Counted from the whole stretch's first letter, positions 25,290 through 38,952 are shown. The stretch: DNA of 63,985 nucleotides, filler included, from Octopus bimaculoides (GCF_001194135.2; 5 parts of 4 records of this genome joined end to end with filler, not necessarily neighbours in it), one strand, 5' to 3'. A program made the numbers and translations. Notes: generated from the sequence alone by a model not told the origin.

Positions 25290-26000
25290 CTCAATTTCAC
25301 TTGCTCCGTAATTCTGTAAGAGCGGACAACAACCTGTCGTCAAAAGTCTCACGATACTTAACGTCCCAGTACCAGTCTCAAAATTCTCACAGTCCCTAAT
25401 AAAACAGTTTTCTGAGTATGTTCTGCCCTCATGTCAATCCCAATTTCTCCAACAAATTTCTCAAACCTGGTTGTTAATACTTCCAATGCCTCTACAACTA
25501 CTGGGATGAAGTTACTTTCTTCACTACCCACATTTGCACCATCTCATCTTTTAGCGCTTGTACTTCTCAGTCTTTTCCAGTCCTTTCCCACCAACTCGTA
25601 CATCCCTAGGTATGGCAATATCAATGGTCTTGGTTTCCTTCATAATTTTATCAGCAACAACAATGTCTGGTCTCAAAGTATCAATCACTGAATAACATTG
25701 AATTGTAAAATCTCACAAGATTTTGTACTCATTATTCTCGATGATATCTGATTTATGCTAGTACCATTTCAATGTCCTTTCAACACCGTATTTCCCACTA
25801 ATCTCCAGTTAACATTACCTACTTGCCTGCTTTTGTGATTCCTTTTGAGCCAATTTGCTACACTCATTCACAATATGTGAGGCTGTTTCATTTTAGATGT
25901 TACACAGCCTACAAACGGGTAATCCATTACACTTACTGATTTGGAACTTGGTTTAATTAGTTTTCAGAAATTGTTCCTGAGCGTTGCATATTAATTGCCC
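25290..26000 (-). mobile_element. R4/Dong-like 3' fragment (zinc knuckle, RLE, 3'UTR), decayed
   Basis: CRLC..ETASHIVSECSKLAQKE, IPVVVEALEVL, QKTVLLGTVRIL. Confidence 0.75.
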
Positions 26001-26001
26001 T

Positions 26002-28936
26002 GTGTCGTGACTCTCGCCACATCATCTCCCCTTTTGAAATTTCGACTTTCGTAGGGAAACAAAATTTATTTTAATATTTTTTTTCTTTCTTTCCAACACC
26101 TTACCTTTTTTGGGGATTTTGTTTCCCTAGAGAGTTCAATACCTTTTCCGCTTAGGAATTATTTCTAAATGTTCAGTCTGTTTACGTTTTCTATTACTCC
26201 TTCTAGGCTCAATCTCTTTCGGTGTTGACACATCGAACATGTCGTAAAACACTTCCATCGGAATTTCCTTCCTTTCTTCTATATGTTTGAGTTTTAACTG
26301 ATTTAGGTGTCGTTTATGCTGCCAATTCTTTTAGTCACTACACCATCCTGCCAACTCTCTTTACCATTCTTGTATATTTTGAAATGGACTTTGTCTCCGA
26401 CATCAAAATGTTTTGTTAAATTTTGTTTGTATTTTCTCGACACGTTGATTCCTTTGGCAGCAATTTGTTGAAAATCGATTTAATGTTTCGAGCGAACATT
26501 AGCTCTGCAGGCGACTTGCCTGAACTGGTATTCGGATTGGGCATTATTCTTTACACCCTTAAGAATTGAGTTAGTGCTTCGTTCCTTGCTATTTTTAGCG
26601 CTCGCATGAAAGTATCTATGAATCGTTCCGCCTGCTCATTTGACCTCGGGTGATAGGGCGGGGTAAACTTGTGCTTCATTGTATGCATTTTGCAGAATTT
26701 CTTGAACTCGTATCCTATAAATTGTGCTCCATTGTCCGATACTATGGTGTCCAAAACACCGTATCGAGCAAAAAGTTCGTGCAGGAACTTTATTGTTCCC
26801 TTCGAGGTAGGTTGGCAGCACCGACATACTTCCGGCCACTTGGTAAAGCTATCAACAATGATCAAGTAGTAGGCGCCATTCACTGGGCCAGTGTAGTCTA
26901 TATGTACCCTGGACACGGACTATCAGTCTCAAGCCAAGGTTGATATTTCACCGGTGGTGCCGTGGCTGCTAGCGCACAACCTCTACATGATCCTACCAGA
27001 TTCTCAATGTCCCGGTCCATTGTCAGCCAATATACGTACCTCCTCATCAAAGCTTTCATTCTTGACATCCCCGGGTGTCCACTATGAAATTCATGTAATA
27101 TCTGTTTCTGTAGTGCAGTTGGTACTACCGCTCTTTCTGTGTACATTAATACATTGTCGTAGAGTGAAAAATGGTTCGCATTCATGCTTCTCTTTTGTTT
27201 ATTTTTCAAGGTTTCCTTCATTTTTATGATGTATTTGTCCTCTGCTGATTTACTTTTAATATCTTGCACAGTCACTGGCAGCTCCTGAATGGCAATACAC
27301 ATAATGTTTTTTTAATTTTTTCTTCAATTCAGCTGATGAGTTATTTTTACTGGGACAGCCATTTATTTTCGACAGTACAGACTTATGGGAAGATCCCGTA
27401 CGTCAAACTATTCCAACCAGTCCGTACCGAACAGATTGGTTGCGTTTTTTACCACGAAAACTTTTGTTCTACAGGTTTTTACCTGAAATGTGATATCACT
27501 CCACATTTCGCCTACGAGCTGTAGTTTTTCACCTGTCACGCCCCGTGCAATTTTTGATGTTTTTCTTAACGTAGGTTTCCCAATTCTTATCCACGTGTCG
27601 GTATCAATAATCGAGATGTCGCTACCAGTACCTAGTGGTAATTTAATATTCACTTCGTTTACTTTTACGTGTATAAATTTTTGGTGTCACTTCTACTTTC
27701 CGTTGAGAAGACTTTTAGACTTCCTAACTTTGTTCGGTGATGTGAGCTCATATGTCCTACTTTTTGGCAACTGTAATATTTTTGCGTTTTGAAAGGACAG
27801 TCCTTCCTGAAATGTAGGGCTCCACATCAGTTTTTTTTTTATACCTTCCCGGTCGGCACGCTTACACTTATGAGACCTCCTCTTCAATTTTCTTTACGTC
27901 CTTCTTTACGTAAGTTTACCACTCTTTGACACTCTTCTGCAACTGTCTTCAGAGTTAAACTTTGGTCCGCTTGTTCAAGTTTTGTGAGAATTCTCGCACG
28001 TATCTACGCATCTTTGTTTGCCGTAAGCCCTTGTACAAAAATGAGGCACTTAAACATATCAGGAGTTAATTCCTTCAGTTTAAAATTTCGCACATTCGGT
28101 TTACGGTCCTGGCATACGTGATAAAGTCTTCATCCTCTCAACTAGATTCCAACACTCCCACCGAGTGTTAAAAAGGGAACTCTTACCACTGAATATTTAT
28201 AATAGCAGTTTGACTGTTTCCTGGAAACAAATTTCACTAGTTTTTGGGGGGTAATATAAAAGTACAATATTTTTTATGATCAGCCGATGCTAATTTACGT
28301 AATAATAGTCTTCCTTTCTCGTTGTTCGTCAACGACTTGCAATCTTCCCTGAAGATTTCTTCGTACCTTCTAAAGTACGCCGCAACGTTATACCCTCCTT
28401 TGGGTCATAACTGAATTCTGTTATAGAGTTCGACACGCCGTCTGGCGAAAACGAATTTATAGTGTTTCCAGACTTCTGAAGACATAGCTCCATTAACTAT
28501 TGTTGCTTTTCTTTTTGCTGTTCTTGCTGCTGTTTTTGCAACTGTATTATAGAAGCTGTATCATTAACAGCTTTGTATCACAAAAAAATTGTTAACTGAC
28601 CAGCGTGAGCGTCGAATGCTCGTCGCCAATTATTGTAACGTAAATACTCGTCGACAATTATTTTAGTATCGCCACTACAATGACGATACTTGTTTACACT
28701 ATAACAGTGTAGTAACAAAAAACATACAACGAAGCAGGGTAACAACAACGTAACAATCCAACAAACTCTCCACAAACTATACACGAACCAACAAAATATA
28801 TTCCGACAATTACCAAAACGACACCTTACGGCTTCCTGCGATTAACGCCTGCTCTCTGCAGTCTCTCACTCAAACCGGTACTATTTATAGTCATTCAGTC
28901 AAGTTTATTCTCGTAGGTGTCGTAACTCTCGCTACA
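26002..28936 (-). mobile_element. Ty3/Gypsy LTR retrotransposon, deletion derivative (gag-PR-INT, no RT/RNaseH)
   Basis: 5' LTR TG..CA at 28634-28936, PBS TGGCGACGAG at 28619-28628, gag CCHC-like motif CGALHFRKDC..CQKVGHMSSH, protease LGTGSDISII, integrase H..HPG..C..C and HIDYTGP..IVSDNG..SNEQAER, PPT at 26022-26035, and a 20-bp remnant of the 3' LTR. Confidence 0.9.
28634..28936 (-). repeat. 5' LTR of the Gypsy element
   Basis: Starts TGTAGCGAGAGTTACGACAC, matched by TGTGGCGAGAGTCACGACAC at 26002-26021. Contains TATAAATAG and ends TTACA just before the PBS. Confidence 0.8.
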
Positions 28937-28964
28937 AGTTCCTTTTTCATTATTATTATTATTG

Positions 28965-29039
<75 letters not shown>

Positions 29040-29044
<5 letters not shown>

Positions 29045-29241
29045 TTATGTTTGACTTTTGCTTTGCATTTGTACAAGTTGGATCCAAGTCTCACCCAGAG
29101 ACCTCAGGAGACAACAAGTTAGAAGTTCATGTAGGTGTTATGCCTAGGGTACCATATATTTGGATTTGTACATAGTGTTGTTCTAGAGAATGTTTAAGAA
29201 ACCATAAGAAAATTATGTGTTTATTTTAAAATTTGAGATCA

Positions 29242-29243
<2 letters not shown>
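29040..29243 (-). mobile_element. Probable 3'UTR of another R4/Dong family, between two (ATT)n arrays
   Basis: The same terminus recurs at 33119-33146, where the minus strand reads ILSM* then tctcaaattttaaaa, and at 34301-34307. Confidence 0.5.
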
Positions 29244-29312
<69 letters not shown>

Positions 29313-29313
<1 letters not shown>

Positions 29314-29402
29314 TTTTAATCTGCATATTTGTTACAATCAGTTACCGAGACACACCCAGCGACCTAGGCAAGTAAAGGATAAGAGCCGTTACAGTATGAC
29401 TA
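29313..29402 (-). mobile_element. R4/Dong family A 3' terminal ~90 bp
   Basis: Near-identical to 33207-33297. Confidence 0.75.
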
Positions 29403-29484
29403 CCGAAATATTGTGTTCAGCAAATTTAAATATGGAACTCTTCTTCTTTATTTACATATTCCCTCCAGAGGAGGGAATATTATT

Positions 29485-29534
<50 letters not shown>

Positions 29535-29539
29535 CATTC

Positions 29540-32500
29540 ATATACTCATAACAGATTAGACTGTTGGAAAAGAAAAATTCCTAACATCGGGATACAACAA
29601 GTAACCTTAGATGCCAAGAACCCTCCTAAGTATCCTAGCTGTCCCTAATAACACTGTTTTCTGAGGCTGTACTAAACTGGGTTTTATGCCTATTTCCTCT
29701 ATCCATTTGTTCAAATCTTTAGAGGTAGTTTCTAATGCACCTACAACTACTGGGATAAATTTTACCTGCACTTTCCATAGTCTTTATAATTCAATGGCTA
29801 AGTCCAGGTACTTTGCTATTTTCTCTATAGCTCTCATATTAATTTTTTCATTTGGGACTGTAAAGTCAATAATAAGTCACTTTTTATTCTCTTTGTCTTC
29901 TACCACTAAATCAGGCCTTCTAGCTTCTATTACTCTGTCAGTCTGAATGTTAAAATCCCGCGTCTTATATTTCTTACTTTCTAGTACTTTACCAGGCTCA
30001 TGTTCATACCATTTATCAGTATGATCAAATCCTAGCTTTTTACATAATCCCCAGTGGATTACTCTCACTAGGTTGCCATGTCTTTTCTTGTATTCTTTCT
30101 GTGCCAGCATGCTACATTCCCATACCGGATGAGTAACATTTCCCTCCTTTGATTTGCATAGCCTTCATGGGGAATCTACTTGGTTTTTGTCTATCTTGGC
30201 TTGTATCCAATTAATCCTTAATGCTTGATCTTGTGTTGCTCCCTTTTCAGCCTTCCTTTCTGCAACCATAACCATGTCTCACTACTACTATTTGCTGCAA
30301 CTATCTTTGGGAATCTACCATGCAAAGCTTTCTCTTGCCGGTCAGATAACTTTTGTTCTTTTTTTCTGGTTTTTAACTTAATTTGGCTTTTTGGTTTCCC
30401 TACTTCCTGCTATGACTCTAGCAGCTCTTAATAAACTTTCTTCACTATTACCTACATAGGAGTCTATATCTACTGAAGCTAACTCCACACAGTCTTCTAC
30501 CGATATTGACCCTCTTCCATCTTCCTTCTTAGGTAAGTATAATCTTGCTACTCCTGCCCTTGGGTGGAGTTCTCCATTCATATTGAATTCCTTACTAGTT
30601 CTTCTGTCTAGCTCTGTTAAATGAGATTTTGTCCAATCTACAAAAGCTGCTGAATATCCAAGTAACGATACTGCCCAAGTATTCACAGCCTTCACTAGAT
30701 TCGGATCATTTAGCTTTGACTTCATTAGCTTTCTCACCTTTCTGATGTATTCCTTCTCAATTTTTGTTTTCATTTCTATAGTTAGTACTGTGCCACTTTC
30801 TAATACTCCTAGATACTTATAACTCTCTCCTCCTTTCAATGATTTTAATGTCTAGCCATCTGGTAATTGCATGCCTTCGCTATTGACTGCCTGTCCCATT
30901 TTCATGACTAATATTGCACACTTACCTATACCAAGTTCCATGCCTATATCTTTACTGAAGTGTCTTACAATCTGTATTAAGAAATCTATCTCTTTTTCAT
31001 TCTTACTAAAAAGCTTCAGATCATTCATGCAGAGCAAATGTTTAATTTTTGCTTTGCTATTTCTAAACTGATGCCTTCCTTAGTACTAAACTGAGCGCAA
31101 TCAAATATAAGACAAATATTAAAGAGGATAACAAATCTCCTTGGAACATTCCTCTCTTGATATTAATTTTCCCTAAGACTGTTCCACCTGAATAGAGATC
31201 TACTTTCCGTTTCTTCATGCTAAAGCTAATCAATTCTCTTATGCTGTCTGCAATACTGAATATACTCATACATTCACTTATCCATGAATGTGGGATCATG
31301 TCATAGGCTTTCTTATAATATATCCATGCTATTGTTAGATTTTTCTTCATTTAGAACTGCTTTGTCTATGTATAGTAGATCATGCGTTCCTCTAGCCTTC
31401 TTCCTGCAATATTTCTGTTCTTCTGGCAGTAAATTCTGGCTGTCGAGGTACTTGTAAATGCTTTCTGAAAGCATTCCTATTAACAGCTTCTGCACTAATG
31501 GTAAGCAAGTGATTGGTCTATAATTGCTAGCTGCATTACCTTGCTTTTGTTTTTCATAAGGAGCACAGTTCTCCTTCTAGTCATCCAATCTGGTATTATT
31601 ACTCCATTAACGCAATCCCTTAACCTCCCATATAAACTACTAAATTTCTTTAGCCAGTACCCTTGAACTAAATCTAGTCATGGGCCCTTCCAATTCGGCA
31701 TTTTTCCTAATACTTTACTTATTAATGCACTAGTTATTCTTAGATCTGGCTGCTTCTCACTCACTACTTTTCCCTTCACTTTCTTTAACCATACTGCATT
31801 TCCATTATCATTATTTCAAATATTACTCTAGAACATTCTAGCTTCTTCTGCATTAGGTTTCTCATCTTCAGTACTTTCTTCTCCACTATTTATTTGGTTA
31901 TAAAACCTCCTCTGGTCTGTCTCGATACTGATCTATTCTTTTCTGATACCTGGAAAGCTACTGCAATGATACGCTGTTTCAACTCTTCTATGACTGTCCA
32001 AATTATTTCTCTTTGACTAAGTATTTTTTCTCATGGGATGATTTAAATCTTTTGTTTCCTAACTTGCTCAGTTTCCAGGCTTCTATTCTACTCAGATCTA
32101 ATCTTAAAGTCTTCACTTTATTTTGTAATCTCCTTTTCCACATTTGGTCTTTTCTAATCTTTCCTTGTGGAATATCTAATCTTCTAGTGACTACTACCCT
32201 CCTGCATATATCAATAAGTTAGTGTCTCCTATATTTTTAGTATCTATCCTACTGATACCAGAATCTACTTTCCTAGTTATGTCTAGCAACTTCCTTTTGT
32301 TGGTACCTTTAATGCTGGCGATCTTTTTCTTACTTCTTTACTCATTGTTTCCTGTAACTCATCTAAAATCTTCTGATCTTCCTCACTTAAATCGCTGGTA
32401 CCAGCTGTCTTTTCCTTATTGGTAGCGCTATTATTATGCTTTCCTTTAGGTTCTTCTTTGGTTTGAACTGTATTTCTTATGTTGTTGTTTGTCTTTCCCA

Positions 32501-33010
32501 CTATCTGGTCTTTCTTTTCTAGTTCTTTTGTGACCTTTTCCACCTCCAATTCTGTCATCCATTTTCTTCTCCTAATAGCATTAGCTTGATCAACTAACCT
32601 CCGCTCAGTCACTTTAAACATACCCTTCTTTACACAAAGTGCTAACATCCGTTTTCTATAACTCCTTCTTTTTGGTTTACTTTCTAAGTAACACTGTATC
32701 ACTATCTTATTTTCTTCGCTGATCCACTTCCTCCTCTTTACTCTATCATCTGCTGATGCTGTCTTAGGATAACAGCTATGATCAGTCTGCATCTTTACCG
32801 AACCACTGCTGAGCAAGAGGCCTTCCCTTAAAGGTCCAACCTAATTTTCGCTGATACTACCAGAGTTTTTAGGCAAACTCTAATCACTCATAAACTGTGG
32901 TATGGCAACTTTTGTCACCATTGTCATCACCACTATTATTATACGACATCTGATACTTTCAAGTAACTTTCTATTGCATCATATGCTGCACTTTTGTGCT
33001 GGTGAGGTGT
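29540..33010 (-). mobile_element. Near full-length, disrupted R4/Dong-clade RLE retroelement (family B)
   Basis: N-terminal domain RRKWISEENKIVIQCYLES, RT (WIYYKKAYDMIPH, RGMFQGDLLS, LCMNDLKLF, YKYLG), thumb, RLE (DFNIQTDRVIEARRPDL), C-terminus LLGTARILRRVLGI* (stop 29607-29609). Many stops and frameshifts. The 5' end is approximate. Confidence 0.9.
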
Positions 33011-33099
<89 letters not shown>

Positions 33100-33143
33100 G
33101 TTGTTATTNNNNNNNNNNTTTTAAAATTTGAGATCACATAGAC

Positions 33144-33206
<63 letters not shown>

Positions 33207-34130
33207 GCTTTTAATCTGCATATTTGTTACAATCACTTACCGAGACACACCCAGCGTCCTAGGCAAGTAAAGGATAAGAGACGTTACAGTATGACTGAAA
33301 GCTTGGGAAGGGGAAGTGTTTGGGGCAGTAGCGAATTAACTTCATGTAATACAACTCAGACATTTAAATGGATAGGATTTATCTAAGGATGTGGGCAGTA
33401 CTTGTCAGCACAAACTTTTGGATTTCTCTGAGACATGGCTCTCTATGAATCTTATCTAGATGTTTCTGATATCCATTTTGAGCATACCTAGGGCACCTAC
33501 AATAACAGGAACAGTTTTCGCTTTAAGATGTCACATCTTTTGTATTTCAATTTCCAGGGCCTTATATTTACTTAATTTGTCAAATTCCATTACAGATAAA
33601 TTTTTAGCAGTGAGGACACTAGTCTATAAGTTTTTCTTCCCGATCTTTAATAATTATGTCTAGTCGATTAATCTGGATCGTTCTGTCAGTGTTGACTGGA
33701 AAATCCCAGCGGATAGTGACATTTTTACCTTCAACGTCTGGCTCAGGATGATGTTCATACCAGTAAGCAGGAGTGCTGATTTTGTAGTGTTTACATATTT
33801 TCCAATGTAAATACTGTTCTACCCTATCGTAGCGATTTTTGTATTCGTTTGGTGTCAGCACAGGATATCCCGAGACAATATGGTCTATTGTTTCGTCAAA
33901 TGTGTCGCAGAATCTGCATTTAGGGTCAGAACCGTTTTGAAGAACGCTAACCTGATAGTTTTTGGTAAGCAAGTTTTGATCTTGTGCCGGCAATATGAAA
34001 CCTTCAGTCTCTGCTTTCAGTCCTAAACTTCTCAGCCACTGATGGGTTGTTGCTTGGTCTACATCAGCATTTCGATTTCGAAGTATTTACTGTCAATGCA
34101 GAGGCTCCTGGCTCCACCGCTCCTCAATTT
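33207..34130 (-). mobile_element. 5'-truncated R4/Dong element (family A)
   Basis: WLRSLGLKAETEGFILPAQDQNL..CRFCDTFDETIDHIVSG..WDFPVNTDRTIQINRLDII, then 3'UTR and (TAA)n. Confidence 0.85.
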
Positions 34131-34198
34131 GTTTCTGTCCGTTCTTTTTTGCAGAAACAAATTATTATCATCCAATTTTCCGATTAATTTGCATTTTA

Positions 34199-34300
<102 letters not shown>

Positions 34301-34307
34301 TTATGTT

Positions 34308-34407
34308 NNNNNNNNNNNNNNNNNNNNNNNNNNNNNNNNNNNNNNNNNNNNTTAATTAATTAANNNNNNNNNNNNNNNNNNNNNNNNNNNNNNNNNNNNN
34401 NNNNNNN
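34308..34407. other. Artificial scaffold-join linker
   Basis: N44-TTAATTAATTAA (34352-34363)-N44. Confidence 0.95.
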
Positions 34408-34735
34408 TCCTCTATGCTGATGACCTTGCCCTAATTGCGGAGTCACTATCAGAACTAGAGGAGAAGTTTCAGGTGTGGAAGCAAGGTCTAGAATTGAAGG
34501 GCCTTAGAGTCAACCCAGCTAAAACCAAAATCCTAATAAGTAGGAAGGTAGATAAAACACAAACCCCTTCAGGTAGATGGCCCTGCTCAGTATGTAGAAA
34601 AGGAGTAGGTAGTAACTCTATAAGATGTACCCGGTGCAAGCTATGGACACATAAGAGGTGCAGCAACATCAAAGGCAGGTTAACTAGCAAGTTAGTTTTT
34701 GTTTGTGGCAGATGTTTAGGTGCAATAAAGACTGT
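34408..34735 (+). mobile_element. RTE-clade LINE RT fragment with Cys-rich insert
   Basis: LYADDLALIAESLSELEEKFQVWKQGLELKGLRVNPAKTK..CSVCRKGVGSNSIRCTRCKLWTHKRC. Confidence 0.85.
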
Positions 34736-34789
34736 AAACAAACAGGATGATTTATATATACATACTTATATATACATATGTATGTATAT

Positions 34790-35545
34790 AACTCTTTTGC
34801 ATTCAGATTACTCTATGAAATGTAATGCTTATTTATTCACATTGTTTTTAATTAATCTTCATTATCTCCTAGCTTTGAGATTTTGATGATGCGATTATTT
34901 TTAGAATGACTTTGTAGAGTAGGTGTGATAGACTGGATATGGCCAGTTTGAACATGAAACATGAATACGTTGGCCAGGTATGGTCAGCTTAATTGCTAAA
35001 GGGTTAATAATGTAGAATTGTTGAGTTTAGAGAATAGAAGTCCCTTTTGTATGATTTTATCATTCAGTTAGCTGTTCTCCTGTGACCATGTGTGGAACGG
35101 TGGAATTCTTATCTCATTTTTAACACATTAGCATTCAAATTTCTTTGTCAAATGTAATGCTTATTTATTCATATTGTTTTGGATCAATCATGTATTATCT
35201 CATAACTCTGAGATTTCAATGATGTGATTGTTTATTTTTAGAATGACATTGTAGGATAGGTGGGAAAGGCTGGATCTGGTCAGTTTCGACATAATCCAGA
35301 ATATTTGGACTGGATTTGGCTGGTTTAACCTTTTAGCTTTCACATTATTCTGTGAAATCTAATGCTTATTTATTGACAATGTTTTCAATTAATCTTGCTT
35401 TACCTCACAGCTTCAAGATTTCAATGATGTGATCATTTAGTTTTAGAATGACATTGTTAGGTAGGTGTGAGAGGTTGGATCCGGTCAGTTTGAACATAAA
35501 ACAATTAGAATATTTGAGCCAGACATGGCTGGTTTAATTATAGGG
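34790..35545. mobile_element. Three copies of a ~220-bp piggyBac-like MITE (TTAA-CCCTTTAGCATT..AATGCTAAAGGG-TTAA consensus)
   Basis: Copies at about 34790-35008, 35135-35330 and 35325-35545. TIRs have TTAA/CCC ends. Confidence 0.65.
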
Positions 35546-35709
35546 TTAAGGTGTTAATTGTTAAGGGTGCAGTATTTTTGATCATGACAAAGGCCTCAAA
35601 AATTTGAATAAAGTCTGTATTTGTTGCTAAAGTTGTTTTAAATAGCTATCATTCTTCTTTTTTGTCTGTTGTTCTTCAAGGTTCTGTTCTTGGTTTATAT
35701 ATATTTCTT

Positions 35710-35900
35710 TATTGCCCACAGGGGGCTAAACATAGAGGGGACAAACAACGATAGACAAATTAAGTTGATTACACCGTAACCTAAAGGATGAAAGGCAAAG
35801 TCGACCTCGGCAGAAATTGAACTCAGAATGTAACGGCAGACGAAATACTGCTAAGCATTTCGCCTGGTGTGCTAATGATTCTGCCTATTCGCCATCCTTG
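35710..35900 (-). mobile_element. SINE family A
   Basis: Reverse copy with the 8873-type tail. Confidence 0.75.
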
Positions 35901-37584
35901 GTTCATATTAATATGTTGGTTGATATATCTAAGCTTGCCATCTTTGCTTGAAATTAATTACTGTTGATTAGGTCATCATTATCGTTTAACATCTGTTGTC
36001 CATGCTGGCAAGCTAGGGAGCTGGAGCAGACTGTAGTCTGATTTGGCATGGTTTCTACAACTGGATGCCCTTTCTAATGCCAACCACTTCACAGAGTGTA
36101 CAGGATACTTTTACATGGCACTGCATGGGTGCTTTTACAGGATGCTGCACAAGTGCTTTTGCATGGGTATTCTTACGTGGTGCCACATAGGCACTTTTAT
36201 CTAGTGCCACCATGAGTGCTTTGCACCACCTGAGGAACTGGTCTTAACACTTCTGCTGCTGCTGGTATGCGTTACCCTCCAAGGCACACTGCTGCTGCTG
36301 GTATGCGTTACCCTCCAAGGCACAAATCCAGGCTAGATTGTTTATGGAAGATCAGCAATCGCCCATGTATACCAGCCTCCTCTCTCCATTCCATTATATG
36401 TACTTGGGGTAAAAGGTAAAGAGCCCCTTGGGTCATGTATGACCATGGAATTGCACCTAGAAAGTTATCCTCTGAGGCAAAAGTCCTGGTAAGGCTGTAT
36501 ATGGAAGACTAGTAGTCGCCCATGCATATCAGCCTCCCCATCTCCACACCACTGATGTTATCTAAGGGAAAGGCAAAGGTTGATACTACTTGGTACCAGT
36601 TATGTTACAATTCATTTCTTCAGCTGAGTGAAGTGGAGTAACATGAAATAAAGTGTCTTGCTCAAGAACACAACACACAGCCCGGTCCAGGAATTGAACT
36701 CACAACCTCACAGTTGTAAGCTCGACGCTCTAGCCACTGAACCATGCACCTTCGCAAATAACAATATGGAGACTACTAATCACTGACTCCTTGGTGAAAT
36801 TTAATTCTTATTAAATAAAAGTGGAAATCATGTTGTAATCTTAGTGTAATTGTTACAGTAAAGCATCTTATGTGATAGTTTAGCCCTGGATCAGTTCTAA
36901 TCAAACAGAACTAAGATCAAACACATGCTAGCCATGGGAAAATATCAGTTTCTCAAAAAAAAACCACAGGTAAAAATGACAAGAATGAGATAGTACAAAT
37001 GTTCAGAAAATAGGCACTCATCAAAGAAAATACTCATGGTTATAATAGTTTTAAGTAGACAACAGCTTGGTTTATTACTATGGAAACAGGCACCAATTGG
37101 CTTTCAATTGGTTAAAATTACCCAAAATTTGCATATTTTGAAAGCTATTAATTTTTTATTAATTTATGGCAATTAATTAGTGTACAAAGCTACATTAGTA
37201 CTAAATTTGAAAACAAATGGAACAAAATTTAAAAATAGAAAACTGTGACATCAACAGAACAGATCCATGTTTCTAATTGAATAATTNNNNNNNNNNNNNN
37301 NNNNNNNNNNNNNNNNNNNNNNNNNNNNNNNNNNNNNNNNNNNNNNNNNNNNNNNNNNNNNNNNNNNNNNNNNNNNNNNNNNNNNNNNNNNNNNNNNNNN
37401 NNNNNNNNNNNNNNNNNNNNNNNNNNNNNNNNNNNNNNNNNNNNNNNNNNNNNNNNNNNNNNNNNNNNNNNNNNNNNNNGCATTTTGTCATTGGCTATTT
37501 ACAATTCTTATGTTCCATATTCAAATCTCTGGATTTCAATGCTATAATTTAATTGCAATCTTTATCATTTGCGTTATCACCATT

Positions 37585-38000
37585 TCGAGCGTGGCCGTTT
37601 TCGTGCGGGTGACACGTAAAAGCACCCACTACACTCTCTGAGTGGTTGGCGTTAGGAAGGGTATCCAACTGTAGAAACTCTGCCAAATCAGACTGGAGCC
37701 TGGTGTTGCCATCCGGTTTCACCAGTCCTCAGTCAAATCGTCCAACCCATGCTAGCATGGAAAGCGGATGTTAAATGATGATGATGATGATGATGATGAT
37801 CTTCATCATATGATGTTTGTTTTCCATGCTGGCATAGATTGGATGGTTTTAGAAAGCTCACAAGGCCATGAGCTATACTAGGTTGCATTGTCTGTTTTTG
37901 CATGGTTTCTACAGTTGAAGCCCTTTCTAATGCTGGCTGCTTTTTAGAGTGTCCTAGCTACTTTTTATGTGGTACTAGCACCATCAGTCACCCTGTACCT
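37585..38000. mobile_element. RTE 3'UTR-derived repeats in opposite orientations around (GAT)n
   Basis: ggttggcgttaggaagggtatccaactgtagaaac..cccatgctagcatgg motif, matching the 3'UTR at 41605-41880. Confidence 0.7.
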
Positions 38001-38409
38001 TGTGGCACAAAACCACACCCTCTCAATACTCTTCCCCTCTCCCAGTTGAGGGTTTTTATCAATCCTCTCATCTTATTTTGCTGATAGAGATTATCTCTTA
38101 TTGTAAGACTGTAGAGAGTGATTTGAGGAAGATTTGTTTGTTATTTTTAGCAGGTTAAGCAGCTACATATAGACTCCCATGTTGACTCGACTTGTGTGAT
38201 GTTTTATGGTTTTACACAAAAATCCCTTTGCATGTGACAAAATAAGAAACAGTAATATACCTGCAATCAATTGACTTAACCTTTTCCTTCCATGCTAGCA
38301 TGGGTTGGACGATTTGACTGAGGACTGGCGAACCAGATGACACCAGGCTCCAGTCTGACTTGGCTGTAGAAACTAGAGAGTTTCTAGAATTTTATATCGT
38401 AAATCTCTT

Positions 38410-38586
38410 AATCCCTTAGCATTTAAACTAGCCAGATCCAGCCTTTCAAGTTCAAACCGACCAGATCTAACCTGTAATACCTACCATTGCAATATCATTC
38501 TAAAAATAAACAATTACGTCATTGAAATGATTAATTGAAAAGAATGTTATTAAATGAGTATTTCATCTGAATGCTAAAGAGTTAAA
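38410..38586 (-). mobile_element. piggyBac-like MITE copy
   Basis: Reverse copy ending gaatgctaaagagttaa. Confidence 0.6.
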
Positions 38587-38783
38587 AAAAACTAGAGGCA
38601 GAGTTTCTACAGCCAAATCAGATAGGAGCCTGGTGTAGCCATCTGGCTTGCCAGTCCTCAGTCAAATCGTCCAACCCATGCTAGCATGGAAAACGGACGT
38701 TAAACGATGATGATGATATCCTAGCAAGGAAATGATTGTTATGAAGGTAGTACCTTCTCACTCAAATCTCTATTTCATTGCAG

Positions 38784-38902
38784 ATGGAACGAAAAGGCAC
38801 GAAGAAACTAACCGAATTCCTTGAAATACAGGAAGCTCAGCAAGCAAGATGGGAAAAAGAAAAAGTATTTGAAGGGGATGCACTCACTTCAGATCCTCAA
38901 AA
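38784..38902 (+). CDS. LARS1: Cytoplasmic leucyl-tRNA synthetase, first visible coding exon (119 nt)
   Basis: tttcattgcag|MERKGTKKLTEFLEIQEAQQARWEKEKVFEGDALTSDPQ(K)|gtaagt. Resembles the eukaryotic LeuRS N-terminus (ERKGT..KW..ERVFE) and splices in frame to the next exon. Confidence 0.9.
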
Positions 38903-38952
38903 GTAAGTACGAAAAAGAAAAGAATATATTTTTTTTTTAATTTAAAATTTAG

